The notes under the pieces: generated by a model
Told to the model about the DNA's origin: nothing
Database searches by the model: none
What the model saw: the letters and a program-made list of their open reading frames with translations, nothing else
Part shown: positions 13,301 through 28,500 of the stretch, one piece after another
Layout: every line of letters starts with the position of its first letter
Position numbering within the stretch: the first letter of the stretch is position 1
Program-made: the position numbers and the translations under genes
DNA from: Epiperipatus broadwayi
Taxonomy: Eukaryota; Animalia; Onychophora
Length of the DNA: 64,000 nucleotides
Reading direction: 5' to 3'
NCBI GenBank assembly: GCA_028023455.1
Contig: JAQFVV010000005.1
Coordinates: forward strand, 10,540,001 to 10,604,000

Positions 13301-16300
13301 ATCGTCGGGTAGTTTGACAAAGCAAGATCTGTTATAATGCTATCAAGAGTAAGCAGCACTAATAAATATCAGGTCTGTAATGATACTGATGTATTAAGGC
13401 ACTCATAAATAATAAAATCTGGCGTAATGACATGATACAATTTAAAACATCCTTAATGGTACATAATTGATCTTAAATATTGGTTAGAAAGTCAGACATA
13501 AAGAGGGAGAATAGATAGTTCCCATCATTAAACAAATATCAATACACTTGATAAGTAGAGAAATTAAATTAAAATTATCATGTTAGATGGTGTGATAAGC
13601 AAAATGATGAAATTACTAGCATAGGTAAGGTCACAAAGCTTTACTCAATATTAAAATTCACTAAATCAATAGCGTTAAGATAATAGTAAATTGATATCTT
13701 TAAATATGGCAACGGATTGTATGCCATGAAAACAGAACAATTCAGTAACGTTATTCAATCTAGCGAACTTTGAAGTTAGATAAGAAAACTTACATTTAAA
13801 TATTTAAGATTCCATAATGGCAGAATAGAAAATTACGACAAGATTGGTTCGCTAGATTGAATTATTAGCATATTAAATAATATATACTCAAACATAAAAT
13901 ATAGTTAAAAGTTTGCTGCATTTAAAATAATAAGATAGCAAGAGTGAAACCCAGCAAGTATATTTAGAAAATAAAATTATAGATTCATGCATTAGAGAAA
14001 GTCATTATTTTAGGAACTTAATAATCGGCATTACATCACCAATTATGAAATAGGCAAAGTTACATTTTTAATCATAAAAAAAAACGGTGGTTTTAAAATT
14101 ATATTTTAAATAAAATAAAAAGCACATAGATGGAGGTTTTAAAGTTCATATTTGTGGTAGAGAGTTACCTTCTGTTTGAAGACTTGGCAGCTGTATACAC
14201 GTATAGGAAGATAATTTGAAAAATAAAGTCAGCAAGGCAGATTTTTGGAAAAATAATGGCTGGCATCCTTTCAGAGTTAGTTTAAGAGTTCATTTAAACA
14301 GTCTTTAAGTGGTGATGGCATGGGAATATAGCGGTATAGAGCTGATCTTAAAAAGATCAGGAAAGCAAATTTCTTCCTCTACTCATGAACCATATTTTAA
14401 AATTTGAGTGACGCAGGTTCATCCTACAACACCTGAAAATCAAATGCAGAGTCTTTAACACAGAAATTTGGGCTGTATTTATACACCACTGAAACCTAGA
14501 ACTTTCTATTTGCCTGCCACTGGCGAGACCCGGATGTGCATTAACGGTCAACTATTATATATTTTTAAAAGATGACGATGAGATAAGTTTGAGAGAGTAT
14601 TGTTTCAATCCATTTCATGTTGGAAATAGATTCAAGAGATATATTTTCCATTAATGGAAGATCTTTTAAAATAAATCTTTACAAAAGACATTTTAAATTT
14701 AAACAAGGCACGTTCTTTTGTTTGTAACTGTCAGTTAGATTTTAATTACTCTCTCGAACTTTCTCTGGTATTACGTCAGCCCAAATAAAATAAAACACGA
14801 ATAAAAAAATAAAAAAAAACAAAATGAAACATATTTAATCAAATATAATTATAACATTTATCTGTAACACACACACGCACGGCTATCTACAGTGATGGAA
14901 ATTTAAATATTTTAGAATTAAATCAGTATTTAATCAAAATAAGGCTTAGCTAACAAGAGGGGGGAAATAATCACGTGCATATGTGTACCTGCACTCCCTA
15001 ATGATTTACTAATACAAAACCGCGTTTGAACCTTTGTTTGAAGGTTCCTAATTTCACCAGACAGTGGAGCAAAATATGTGAAACAGATTTGACTGCATCA
15101 ATACTGATGAGAAAAGTTGGGAAAACATTGGGGGGAGGAGTACGTGAATATCATACACAGCAATAATGGTAGGATAAGATAAATAGAAATAATAGTTATT
15201 CAAAAATAGTAGGTAATAGTGAGGCAATAAATATAGTGCAATAATAGAGAAAAGCTACAATGGAAAGAGGAATAAGCACTCTAAAATTCAAATAAATAAA
15301 AAAAAACAAATTGAAAGGTTTTTTCTTTATTCCTGCAGAAATAACTTGATCACAATATTTTCATATAATAATAGTGCATCTTTACAGGAGATGAGGCAAA
15401 AATGCAGCCTCAGGGGGAAATCAAGGCTCCTAAGTATGAATTAATGAACATAGTCATGAGCATGTAAAAGGAAAATAAAGAATGTTTAAAGAGAATGAAG
15501 AAAATATGAAAAAGATGTTTAAAGAAAATATGGAAAGAATGTTTGCAGAAATTAAAGATCAGATGGAAAAATGAATTAATAAAAATCAAGATGAAATTTT
15601 AATAGAAGAATGAACATAGTTGACAGAGGAAATCAGAGATATAATAAAAAAGATGCTGTGGCAGATGACACAATTCTGGATTCGAGATAGAAGCTAGCTC
15701 TAATTTAGATAAGATAGTAAATTACAGATAATTACCAGACTTAATTATCATTATGAAACTGCTCATTGAGATGGAAGAAAATGAAGGCATAAAGTGTGAT
15801 AATTAGGATGAATTTGTTACACAATGAACTAATAAAATTGATATAGTGATATTATAAGTGAATATAGTAGGACTGGCAAATTTTGTGTTCATAAGATCTA
15901 CTTTTTATTTTAAAAATGTGTTGCGATCGACTTGTTGTCATAGGCAGTGGAGTGAGGTGAAATACATACTATTTTTATATATCTACCTAGTAAAAAATAA
16001 TTATTTATTGGACTAATAAACTCGTCCGGGGAAATTAAAGCAACATGAGTAATTTATTAACAATATTTATTAATTCAAATTATTACATTAAATCAATATT
16101 AAAAATATTTTTTTCAATAATGATACAGATTAGTGGACTTCATCTATCTGGAATTGAAGAAAAATTTAGAACAGGAACAAAAATAACAAAAAAACTTGAA
16201 AATCTTGTCTTAATTTGTTTCACTCATTACCCGACAGCTCTTGCTGGATTGGCCTCGCAATCAACCAAAAATGGCTTTGTGATCGACTTGTTGGAAACTC

Positions 16301-16539
16301 CTGGAATATAGCATAGATGCTGAATTTAATAGAAAAAATAAAACAACATTATTATGAATGATTATTTGTACAAAGGCATAAGTGGGGAAAAATTGAAGAG
16401 CTAAAGCTAAAATTTGGAAAAAAATATAAAAAAAGAGTTAAAGGGACATTACAATGGGAACAAAACTATAAAGGCATATTGCTTTATTTCAACATTTTAC
16501 ATGTTGACTAAGAAGGGATTTTGTTCAGTATATATATGT

Positions 16540-17118
16540 AGTTCATGGTGAGCATGCTTTCAGCCAGTGCCCCCACAATCATAGCACTCATAAGCTGCAG
16601 GATGTGTTGTGTAATTTATATGGAATGTTAATTTATGTAAATTCATAATTTACATTTCATTTTTTAGATACTTGAATATTATTTTTTATTCATTGTATGG
16701 GAATTGTTAGAAATAAACCAAGCCTCTTTTATCTTTCATTTTCTATTATCACATTCAGTACAGAAAATCTTAATGTTTATTGGGTCAAAAATGTTATGAG
16801 ATTTGTTCCTGCTCTAAGAAAATGGATTTGTATTCAGAAATGTTTTTCACATGTTTGTATAAGTACTTGTGTTGTGAGATTCTGGTGACAATATTTGCAC
16901 AAGAGTCCCCATAGTATATAATCTACAAGAATCATTACTGCCTTGAATTATATAAGTGATCTGGGAGGTTTGATCTTAACATTTCCCATGAAATTGATAA
17001 AGAAGAAAATAGGGTTCAACTATCTAAAAAGTGAAATATGTAAATTATATAAGGCATCCTGCAGTGCATGAATGCTGTAAATCTGTTCACAGGCCAAACG
17101 CATGCTTAGACATTAACC
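16540..17118. mobile_element. Degenerate MITE-like element with ~65-bp imperfect inverted ends
   Basis: Left end 'gttcatggtgagcatgc...gcc.gtg...agcactcat...ctgcaggatg' aligns with the reverse complement of 17054-17118. Both sides are flanked by (TA)n. Confidence 0.4.
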
Positions 17119-18506
17119 ATATATATATATATATATATACTGAATAAAACTTCTTAGCATAAGAATAGGTAAAATATTTGAATATATAAAGATATATGTA
17201 TATGAATTATGCTGCTCAAATGTTAAAGAAGTGAGTAGTAAACTCAGATTAACCTACAAGAGAAAAGTACCATAAAATTTCATAAAGTTATGGTAAAAGA
17301 GAAGAGCAACTTTGGAGTCAGAGAACAAGATCCATTTACTGAAAATCACTCAGTGATCAAAGAACATTTTTCAAGTCCACTCATATAAGGATTCCTGTAA
17401 TACTAAAGAAATATCTAGAAAAAAGTAGACTTTAACCTTTATATAGATAGGAATGGTCCACTAAGTTGACAATCCTGATTCTGTTAAAATAACGAATAGA
17501 AAAAAATATAAATTATAAAGGTATAAAAGTAAAGTAAGAATAATTACTGGAAATGACTACTAAAAAGGTATAATTAGATTTAATAAATTCATGAGAGCTT
17601 GTCAAGTGATTATTTTTGCTTTCAGTACTGGTAATGGATGGAGGGGTTTAGCATTGTTTAGAAGATGTGATGTTTTCGTGATACTCTAGTGAGTTTATTT
17701 CAGCACTGCACCCACCCATATTTATATTTAGCAGTCTATAGGTCCCAAAATGAGCCAGGTTTAAGTCTATTAGTATATATTAACCTTTAGGCCTCAAAAT
17801 GAGCAATGCATAATCATGGTTTTATTTCATAAACAATTAACACAGTCATGTAAAGCTTCATTTGTTGAGATTATTTTGTATGTAATAGTAGATTGTGTAT
17901 TGGCCTTAAATGAGTAGTTCTCTCAATGTCCATGTGCATCCTATGCTTTTATCTAATAATTTATTTCTTTATCTACTCTAGCATTGTGAGAAGATGGCCA
18001 AGTCTAATGATGAACTCAAAGTCCAATCTCTCCACAGAAAAATTATATATAATATCAAGTATAGAAAAAAGGGATATGTTATTTATATCAAAGTTTACAA
18101 TTTTTTATAAATACCAGTTTGTTATTCCACATTTAAATGAAATGTGGCTAATTGTGACATAAGTTTAAAAGAAACCTAAAGAGTTGAAATAAAATCATTC
18201 GATATTTAATACTGAATAGGTTCTATTTCATTCCTCAACCGAGGAGGGACAAGTATAACCTCTTTCATGGATCACTTATGTAACTTATAAAGTAAATAAA
18301 TAAATTAGTTGTTTTTTTTAGCATTTGAAAGATATAGATTTTTAAAGGCAAATCATAATGGGATAAAATAAATTTGAAAGAAATGAGAAGTTTGTTCTTT
18401 GTTTCCTTTTAAAATAAAATTAAAAAAATAAAATTCAATATTTTCAAAGATATAAACTGTACACAGATTAAATACATACATTTGGGAGACTATTTTGTAA
18501 AGCATT

Positions 18507-18710
18507 AGCAATCTCCATACAATAGTGTTAAGTGTTAGCCATAATAATCAATGGATGCTAGAAAGTTTATGCATAATATCCCTATCTAGTGCCTACTTAC
18601 TCAATATCCCCAGACTAGTTTCTAGGTTGTGGCTATCAGTGAAGAGCCTTGGATCTGAAAGCTTGTGTAAGCATAGAAAATGGTGATTATGTGACATTTG
18701 TTAAATGTTT
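18507..18710. mobile_element. Hammerhead repeat family 1, locus I (inverted copy followed by a forward tail)
   Basis: Minus-strand copy at 18507-18660 with hammerhead at 18599-18654 (TCTTCA-CTGATAG-ccacaaccta-GAAAC-TA-GTC-TGGGGA). Forward tail 'aagcatagaaaatggtgattatgtga' starts near 18670. Confidence 0.75.
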
Positions 18711-20879
18711 TGTTTTTCATATTTTTGTAACGGTTGCTATAGAGATTTTGACTTGCTAGCCAAAAAAAAAAAATTTTTTTTCTAATTGAATATAGCTGTT
18801 TAAAACCCTAACAATTGATTTACTTCACAAATTAACAGTTGTTGATATGATTTTTAATCAACTGGATTCACATTTTCTTACCATGGATCATGGTGGAGAG
18901 TTTCTGTCAGATGCTGATTTCATCTGAGGATGTAGTCTTTGGCGGTGCTATATGTTGCCTGAATACTGAACATATGTGCCTAGGTATACATACCATTGGC
19001 AGATTTTGTTTGTATCACTGTAACAAAATAAAATATTAAAATTAAAGTCAAAGAAGCATACATTCAAGAAAAATATACCAAAAGAGGCGCTCACATATTA
19101 AACATTTATCTAAGCATGACTAAAAGAAACATTTTGTTGTCTAAAAAATCTGTTAGTTTTGCTATTTTTATGTGAAGATATGGCAATTCTTAAGTATTGA
19201 CGGAAATCTTAACGTTAAGTTGACGTTTACTATTTTGAATGTGGAAGAAAAAAGAATTGTGCATTTGTTGAGCTCAAACAAGACAAAAATTTTTTGATAA
19301 AATTGTTTTAAATGATTTCATTATAAAACAATAATAAATTCATTTATAATCATCAAAAATAATTTAATTTGCAAAAAACTCGTTTTCCTCTTAAAATTAA
19401 TGTGTTGATATTTTTTTATTATAAGAGTAAATTTATATATGAAATGAAAAGAATGAAAAACATTCATTTTAAATGTTATAAGATTTGCTAATTATTATTG
19501 TTAATCTTGAGACTGTGAGGTCAGTCAATTTTGGGGAGAAAATAAAAGATTTTAAGAAGCTAAATTGTTTTATATTTTTTGTTGTAAATGAAATAAAAGA
19601 TTTTAAGTAAATGAGATAAGCTATTATACATTTAACTGATTTCTCGGGTCCATTCTAAATAGTTTTTGGTATATATTTCATTTTATTGATACATGTAAAT
19701 ATAAGAGAAGCTAAATTGTTTTATATTTTTTGTTATACATAAATTAATCATTTCTCATCTAACAGACAATTCTTTAATGCACATCTAAGAATAGAATATA
19801 TTTTATTTTGATCTAGCAGATTTTATAGGGCTAAGTGGGGTGGATGGTGATCATCAACTATGACTGAGTCTTCATTGAGACTTGTATTTGATGTACTTTA
19901 GTCTGGTCAATTTTTGTCATTTCAAATAGGATTATGTTATAATCACTCCATTTTGTAAACCTTTGTCCACTGGTCATTCCTGATGAAATAATTATTCCCT
20001 GATGTAATAAAACATAATGACAAATGTCTAGTGAGCATTACTTTATTATAATATATTCCCTTATATTTAAAATACATCCCACGATGGCTAGAATGCAGCT
20101 GATCACAAAATGTAAACTTACTTGAAAACACGAGTTTTTTTTTGTCATTACCTATTGTAATGTGACAAAAATAAATAAATGCTCTTGCTTTTGGCAGTGT
20201 GCAATTTCCAATGTGATAACTTCTAATTGCAGGCAGTAGAAATAATAAACTTCACATAAGCTTGTGATAACTTTGCAAGATACCAATTATTAATGATATT
20301 TTAACTTACCATTGCATCTTTAGGAGTTGAAATTATGTACAAGTAAGATAATCATTTTTTATTATTAATAATATTCTGCACGTCAGAGCCACATGTGTTC
20401 TGTGCAGTAGTATTAATAATCAGGCAATGAATAAATGTTTGCTTGTTTGTTGTTTGACTAGCTTAATTTGATAGGATGAAAAATCATTGACAATTAGCTG
20501 TACTTTCCTATCATGCAATAGAGGACTACCTCTGCATGATACTCAAGCTTTTGAATAAGTTTTGTGAATGAGTGGCAATATTAAAGATTGATGTTCATTT
20601 ACATATGGGCTTGGGCCATCATATCTGGTCCATAGAACCAGTCCTCTGGTTATCCCTTTATTGGCAGCTGATAGGAATATGGAATAGCCCAAATCTTGTT
20701 TTCTGTTTTATGTCAAATTTTTAATGAAAGTAAATAAAATCCTTTGTCTATTATTATTTTTTAAATCCTAGAATGATTTTTTAAATCCTAGAATGATTTT
20801 TTTGTCAAGTCAAATAGTAAGACATTCTACTAAATTGGTAGGAATTTGAGCATATTTACAAACACTAACTTGAAAAGGC

Positions 20880-22330
20880 ATTACGAATTCAGTGCATCTG
20901 AGAAATTGTAGCATTAAGAACCAAATAGTGTAAAAACTTCTGTATTCTCAACAATTTTTTTTTTTTCAAAATAATACAATTCTGGTGGATTCCATTGAAA
21001 AGACTAGGAAACATTTAACAACAGCAAAAAATCAAAACCATTTGCTGATGGTGAGTTCATTAAGAATTGTATGAAAAATGTGATATAATTTGCTTAAAAA
21101 AAGAAGGAAATAGATATAATTTGTTTTAAAAAAAGAGGGAATACTTCTTAAATCAGTTTGTCTTATCAGAATATTACCAAGTGAATTAAAGAAAATAGAA
21201 AAACATCTATTGTAAGGGGTTTTGAGAATAAAACTGCTAATTTTAAATTTTCTGCTTTGATGATACCGTTAATACTACAGATATGACTCAACTTATTAAT
21301 TACAAATATGTCACTGAAGAAATGGTTTTTTAGTATCATTAAACAACACAATTATCCAAGATTTATATGAAGAGTAAACGATGTGTTAAAATTTTTTTTT
21401 TTTTCAATGTCAGCATATTCAATATAACTATTCATTGGGGCCCAGAAATTGTATGTTAAAGAGAGGGTATTGTAAAATTAACAAAAGATAATGCAATTGC
21501 TGCCCAAAACTCATATTTACTTAAATATTACTGCATAGTTCATCAAGAAAGATCATGTGCAAAAGTTTTCAAAATTGATAATGTCATGCAAATTATCATC
21601 AAAATGGAATTCATTAGGGCCAAGGGATTGGATCATTGCCAATTCCAATAACTCCTTCAAAATATTGATGTTGATTATGGCTACACCATTTACTTTTCAG
21701 AAGAGGTCTAAGTCAATGTCAAATGTTGAAAAAATCTTATGATTTGCAACTCACTTGACAATAAAAAGCTAGCTTACAAATTTAGCATTTTTAGTTGATT
21801 TAACCCCTTATATAAATGAATGAAATGCATCTTTGCTAAGGAAAACTGATTTATCAAACCAATATTACAAACTTTAACAATATTCCAAATAAAACTGAAA
21901 TTATGGCAAACTCAAATTTAAGGGAAACAATTTTATGCATTTCAACATATTAATTAAACACATCTGTGAATAATGAAAAATATGCAGCCATTTCAATTTG
22001 ATACAAGAATTTGAAAACATTTTAGGGAAAGTAATATTTGTGGTTCAATTTTCAGTTGACAAATATATTAATTGCAAATTTTCAAATGTAGTGCAGAGAA
22101 CTACAATTTGATATTTAGCATAAAGAAAGAAATATTTGATTGTGTCACTTCCTATCTTCCCAGAGACAAATATTCCTTGCTTCACAACCACATCTTATCT
22201 ATATCACTTTTTGGCAGCATTTACTTTGTAAGCAAATATTTTCAAGAATGAAACACATGGGGAGTAAAATTAGAACAAATATCTGAAGATCACCTTGGGA
22301 ACTCTGACAATTGCAACTACTGCCATCAAA
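20880..22330 (+). pseudogene. Decayed hAT transposase (GTF2IRD2/SPIN/Buster-like)
   Basis: Motifs in the correct order across frameshifts: KSKPFADGEFIKNCM (~21030), DDTVNTTDMTQL (~21260), CIVHQERSCAK (21532), LAFLVDLT (21782), FGSIYF..KQIFSRMKH (~22210). Confidence 0.85.
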
Positions 22331-23249
22331 CCAGATACTGATGCATCCGTTTTCCAAATATGGTGTTAATTTTTCACTTTTATAGTAAAAATATATATAT
22401 ATAAGAAAAATAACAATGACATTTTACTATTATATTCATGATCACAAATTTGTGATCAACTCAATTTTAAGACTGTCTGAATGAGCCACTGCATAATTAA
22501 ATTTATTGTGTGAGAACTTTTTACATTATGGGCGAGGGCAGATATTACAAAAATTTTGCATGGATCTTTTTTTTGCTTATCAGTTATCAGTAGTAATTGT
22601 ATATTTAATGTGCAACTCAAGACAATTCCTGCTTTAAATAGTAAAGTATCATTTGGTAATTGCAATTAATAAACAAATCTTTTTTAGAAAAATTAAAACT
22701 ATAAATCATCTCAAAGATTTAAAAGCAGCTTGCTAAGATGCATCTGCAAACACTATGAGCTTAATATATTTCTGCATAGTTTTACATTTTACTTTCTATT
22801 GCAAAGACATCAAAAGCATTATGATCCTATCTTATAAAACTAAGTTTATTACATTGAAATAACAATCAACACTTGTAATTAACTTCTACAATCACAATAT
22901 TTCAGCAGAACATGTGTAGTAAAAATTAAAGGTTTTTGTTTATCAACAAGAAAGCAAAAAAAATACTTTATTCTTTTTTTAACTTTTATAAATATTAGTC
23001 AATCAGTGCATCATTGACAAATTCATATACAATGTTTGATTATCAGAAGTAATAAAGTTGAGCTTAAATCTTGGGATCTTTATAGCAATGTTTGTCACTA
23101 ATAATAAACTGAAAGATAAAATAATAGAATAATAATGTTCTAAGGGGGTCAAGAGATATGTGGATGACAGGATGAGCATCAGTTATTTGAAAGAAATAGT
23201 TTTTTTTCCTGAAGCAAATAGATCTTTAAAAAAAGATTAAAGACAAAGG

Positions 23250-24760
23250 AGGTCATTTTACATTATTGAATAATAGTGATTTTAAAAATAAAGTTTCTTT
23301 AGAATGAAATATTAGGAAGAATTTTATTTTAAATTCTGATCCTGGTAAAAAAAGAAAATCTAAGTTCATTGAAATTATGGCAAATAAAAACAATTTTGAT
23401 AAATATACTTATTTAAATTGTTATCCTAGTGATTATTTGACTCCTAAGGTTTTTTTAAAATTAAAATCCCATAAAGATAGTTTTCCCTTAGGGTGTATGT
23501 TTGATTTTACAAGAAGGATAGTTGATAAAATTTGTTATTAGGTTTTTTAAGAATTACATAAGTTTAAGTCAACTTTGTGTATCTTTTTTTGAGACATTTG
23601 ATAAAATTAATGATTTGTTTTAGAAAATGGTTGTGTTTTTGATAGTTTAGATATTGAAAACATACATCAATCAGTTGATAGGATTAAAAGTATTAATGTG
23701 TTTCTGTTCTAAAGAAACATGAATATTTTTCTGTAAATAAGATTAAAGTTATTCATGATTTTCTATTTTTATTAGAAGATTCTATGTATTTTATGTGTAA
23801 TGATATGTTTTATAAGATTAAAGAGGAATGGATTATTGCTTATGTGATTTCTTTTTATATTGATTTTTTAGAGAGTAGTATTATTAATCATTTTTCTGTT
23901 TTATCAAAATTATTTGTTATATTGTTGATGATTGTTTGTTTGTTATTCAGGAAGCTAAATTGAAGGATTTTTTGATAGATTGAATGCTTTTGTTTCTAAT
24001 ATTAAATTTACTATTGAGGGGGGAATTTTGAATTTAAGTTAAAATTTCTTGATTTAAATGTTGATAAAATTGATAATGTTTTATTTTGCAGTCATTTTAT
24101 TAAACAAAAAAATTCAAGAAATATGATAAGGACAGATCATTATCAACCTTATACTCCTAAAAAACTTTATTGAGTTTTTGTTATAGGAATAGAAGGATTA
24201 ATAATTTTGAAAATAATGGTTATATTTAGAGGAGTGAATTTGCTTCTGACTATATTGACTTAGATTATAATCATGAACTTGTAAAAATATCTATAAGTCT
24301 GTTAATAAAAAAGATTTGTGAAAATAATTTATTTCTTTATCATTTAAACCAATTGATTTATAAGAATAGTTTTTTATTGGGGGGTATGAAAGTGGCCTAG
24401 AAAAAAATCCTTCATTTAAATTCATTATTAAATAATTCAAAAGAGTCAATTGATAGCAAATTTATTCCTGGTATAATTAATAAGATACCTTGTAGTTGTT
24501 ATAAAATTTATATAGGCCAAAGTAAATTAAGTCTTAATGAAAGAGTTAAATTTATAAAAGTTGCATTAAAAATAAATATTAAAACTCAGCTTTGTATATT
24601 TATGAACTAAATACAATCATAAAATATTATTTGACAATGCAGAGGTTATCTTCTATGAAAAAAGTAGAATAAAAAGGAGTTTTTCATTTGTAAAAATTAT
24701 CAGCATACAACAAATCTGAAACTAAAAACGAAAAAGTTTTCATTTTAATCAGTTCACAAT
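23250..24760 (+). mobile_element. Decayed Penelope-like element (RT plus GIY-YIG)
   Basis: KIHK..FPL-like motif (~23465), YIVDDC (~23915), FLDLNVD (~24045), and KIPCSCYKIYIGQSKLSLNERVK (~24480-24550), the PLE GIY-YIG signature. Many stops and frameshifts. Confidence 0.7.
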
Positions 24761-24872
24761 TAAATTCAATCATCAAATTTATATCACATCTTGATATCTT
24801 CTCCATGAAGCCTTTGTAAATTGTTCCAAAAATTACTGTCATAAAACTTAAAAACAATTCTTTGTGTAATAC

Positions 24873-25557
24873 TGTGATGTACTTGATTTAATGTTACTTA
24901 CGAGAAATAATCAAACACATCCAATTCAAGTAACTATTACTCTCTTGCATGAAATTAAGATATCTCACTTAACAGATACAAGATTTTATTAGTATAAAAA
25001 TTAACAAGTATTTATAAACAGGATTATAAGTAGTTTACTAGCGCCTGTAAGGCTTACAAAAATAATAATAAGACAGGTATAGTCTGTATAATTACCCTAG
25101 GTCGGTCTTTAGTACCTTCACACCCGAATATCTGGTTCTCCTCCCATCGTTGGTCCTGTTCCAAAATTCACGCTACACATAAGTCTCTCAGAAAAACAGG
25201 ACTGATGCTAACTCACTTTTTTCCCACTAGATTGTATCTCTTTTTGTTCTATTGTTTATTCCTTAACAATTTTAATTGCAAAAGTATTCTGGGATTATTT
25301 CTGAACTAATTAATTAAATTGTTCTTTACATTTTTAATCCTTCATTTAATTAATTATTTATTCAGATCTTCCATCTTATTTTACACCTTGCTTTTTATAA
25401 AATATATATATGAAAAACCATTTGTCATTTCTAATTTTCGTTTTAATTTAAACAACTCGTTTACTTTCACATGTAATTATTTAACACTTTTAACTTCTGG
25501 AGTACACACAGTTTCAAATGTATTTTTTATTAATATTAATCGTACTACAACATAACA
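24873..25557 (-). repeat. 3' LTR
   Basis: Direct repeat of 29481-30162, roughly 97% identical by hand count. The minus strand begins TGTTATG and ends ACATCACA. Confidence 0.97.
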
Positions 25558-25560
25558 ATT

Positions 25561-25573
25561 CCTCCCCCACTCC
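25561..25573 (-). promoter_or_regulatory. Polypurine tract
   Basis: GGAGTGGGGGAGG lies 3 nt upstream of the 3' LTR on the minus strand. Confidence 0.9.
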
Positions 25574-25579
25574 AGAAGT

Positions 25580-28500
25580 TATGGTTTATCTGTCTTGTAC
25601 ATATTCTTTTAAGTACAAAGGTCTTTTACATCATATTGGTCTGGTGTGTATTTTATCCTCTTCTACCCATCTTCTTGGATGTTGGTCAGTAGCATCTGTT
25701 TATCTAAATTCTTTCATTTGCATGTTGAAACTGCTGGAACATATCTAGTTGTATGTCATCTTCACTTTTATGAATATGATTTTTGCGACACTTATATATA
25801 ATTCCATTTTCATCCTTAATATCATAAATTTGCTTTGATCACACCCGTTCAATTTTTCCATTAACCCATTGTTTACGTAGTATATCTCTGAATATTACCG
25901 TGTCTCCAATGTTAAAGTTTTTCACTGGGTCTTGATTATATTTATATATATGTGTATCAGGTCACAAAAAATCTAAATTAGTTCATATTTTCCGACCGAA
26001 TAACATTTCAGCTGGCAATTTTCCAGTCGTTGTTGATGGAGTTATATGTTGATACATCATGAATTCCTGTAAGACGTTTTTCATATCCGTATTTTTGTTT
26101 TTTCGTAAATATTTCTTCACTTGCCCTACCGCGTTTTCCGCAAAACCATTTGATTCAGGGTGGTAAGGGGCTGTAAATACATGTTTGATGTCCCATTTCT
26201 CAAATTGTATTTTTAGTTCTTCACTCGCAAATCCAGTTCCATTGTCCGAGATGATTACTTGTGGAAATCCATGTATATAAAATATGTCTGTTAAACATTT
26301 TATTGTTTCCTTTGCACTCGTATTTTTAACCTCGTGACATTCTATCCATTTAGAGAAAGCATCAATTAAAATTAAATAATTTCTTCCCTCTATTGGACCC
26401 ACATGGTCTATATGCAGTCTTTGCCATGGATATATTGGTTTAGGCCAAGAATATTGTTTATTCGGCAGAGCTATTTCAGACTTACATTTAACACATTTCT
26501 TAATATACTTTTCAATATCATTACTTATCTGTGGCTACCAAACATAACTTCGAGCTAGTGATTTAGCTCGCACAATGCCTAGGTGTCCCTGATGCAAAAG
26601 TTCTAGAACTTTCATTCTCCCTATAGGAGGTATAAGTACTCTGTCTCCCATATTAATACACCCTTTACAGACCGACAATTGGTCTCTATTGACCCAAAAC
26701 CCCATTGCTAAATTTTCAGGTTTTTTATTAGGCCAACCTTTGCTTATCCATTTCTTAAGCAACGCATACCCGTAATTTTCATTTGTCCATGTCTGAACTA
26801 CTTTACTATTTATGACTTGTGATTTCATATTGTCAATATGATTAACTTCCACATCAGTTTCATAGTTGTCATTATTTCGAGGCACTCTGGATAGAGCATC
26901 CGCATGAGAAATTATCTTTCCTTTTTGATATTTTAGATTGAAATCGTAAGCAGTAAGTAAATTAGCCCATCTGAGCATGCGTGGACTTAAATGCTCTGGC
27001 ATCGGACGATCTTTTCCTATAATTCCTAGCAAAGGTTTGTGATCTGTTACTAATTCAAATTTTCATCCATAAATAAACTGGTGAAATTTTTTCACAGCAA
27101 ACATAACTGCCAAAGCTTCTTTGTCCAGCTGACTATAATTTTTTTCAGCTTTAGACAAAGTCCAAGAAGCATAAGCTACAGGATGTTCATGACCGTCTAT
27201 TTGATGCACTAAAACTGCTCCGATTCCATATTGCGATGCATCTGTAGTAATAGTGATGTCTTTGTCGCTATCAAAATGCACTAATAAGCTACTAGAGGTT
27301 AACAATTCCTTAACTGCTTTAAATGCTTTTTCATGTTTGGCACTCCAAATCCATTTCTGATCTTTGCGTAGCAGTTCATATAGGGGAGTTGCGACTATCG
27401 CTTTGTTCTTTAGAAACGGTTCGAAAAAATTAATCAAACCTAGGAAAGCTTGAAATTGTTTGACATTTATTGGGCTTGGAACATCTTTGACTGCCCTAAT
27501 TTTATCAGTTAATGGACTTTTCCCTTTTTCCGAAATAAGATGGCCTAAAAACTCTAATTCTTCAGTTTCCCAAATGCATTTTTGAACATTTAATTTTACT
27601 CCTGCATTATTTAGTTTCTCGCACACTCTTCGAATTTTACTTCTTAATTTCTCTGGTGATGTCACAGTAATCAAAATGTCATCATAATATGGCATCACTC
27701 CTTCCAAGCCTTGTAATATTGAATTTATTTTTGCTTGAAATATGTTTGGAGCTGATGTAATTCCAAAAGGGAGACGATTACATTTGAATAATCCAAAAGG
27801 GGTCGTAATTTACAATAACCGAGATGTATCATCCATAACTTTTAGTTGGTGATATGCCGAATTTAAATCCAATTTCGCAAATTTTTTTGCTTTAGCTAGA
27901 TTACTGAGAATCTCACATACATTCGGCACCGGGTAAGCTCCTTTATTAAGATACTTATTTACTGTTGTTCTATAATCTCCACACAGCCTAATTTTTCCAT
28001 CTTGTTTTGTTAACACAACAATTGGCGTGGCCCAATCTGCCTCCTCGATTGGGGATAACACGTCTTTTTTAACTAACACTTCTATTTTTCCTCTACTATC
28101 TGCCTTTGGGCAAACGGTATTTTTCTCGGTTTACAAATAACTGGTTTAGCATTTTCATTTAAGTGCAAGTCAATAAGCTTTGACTTTATCAAACCTAAAT
28201 CTTCGGTAAATAAATTCGGATATAACTCTTTCATTTCTTTTTCAACCGAGACCTTTTTAACTATATTAATTTTAATGCCTAAGTCTTTAAACCAGTTTCT
28301 TCCTATTAATGGATTAATATCTTTATCTACTATATATATAGGTAATTTGTAGTTTTTATTTTTAAAACCAACTATTACTTTGGATTTCCCAATTAACTTG
28401 ATCGGGTTCCCGTTTACATCTCTAACGTTAATGTTAGCTTTCGGTATTTTAAACTGAGGGCTCTCTGTGGATATTTCCTTTCACTGTTTCATGGATATTA

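Noticed and set aside
12440-13920. Protein-looking, moderately CpG-rich stretch considered as an endogenous viral ORF
   Set aside because: I counted about 14 stops in 173 codons in the best frame, which is what base composition predicts by chance. No recognisable motif was found. A tBLASTx search would settle it.
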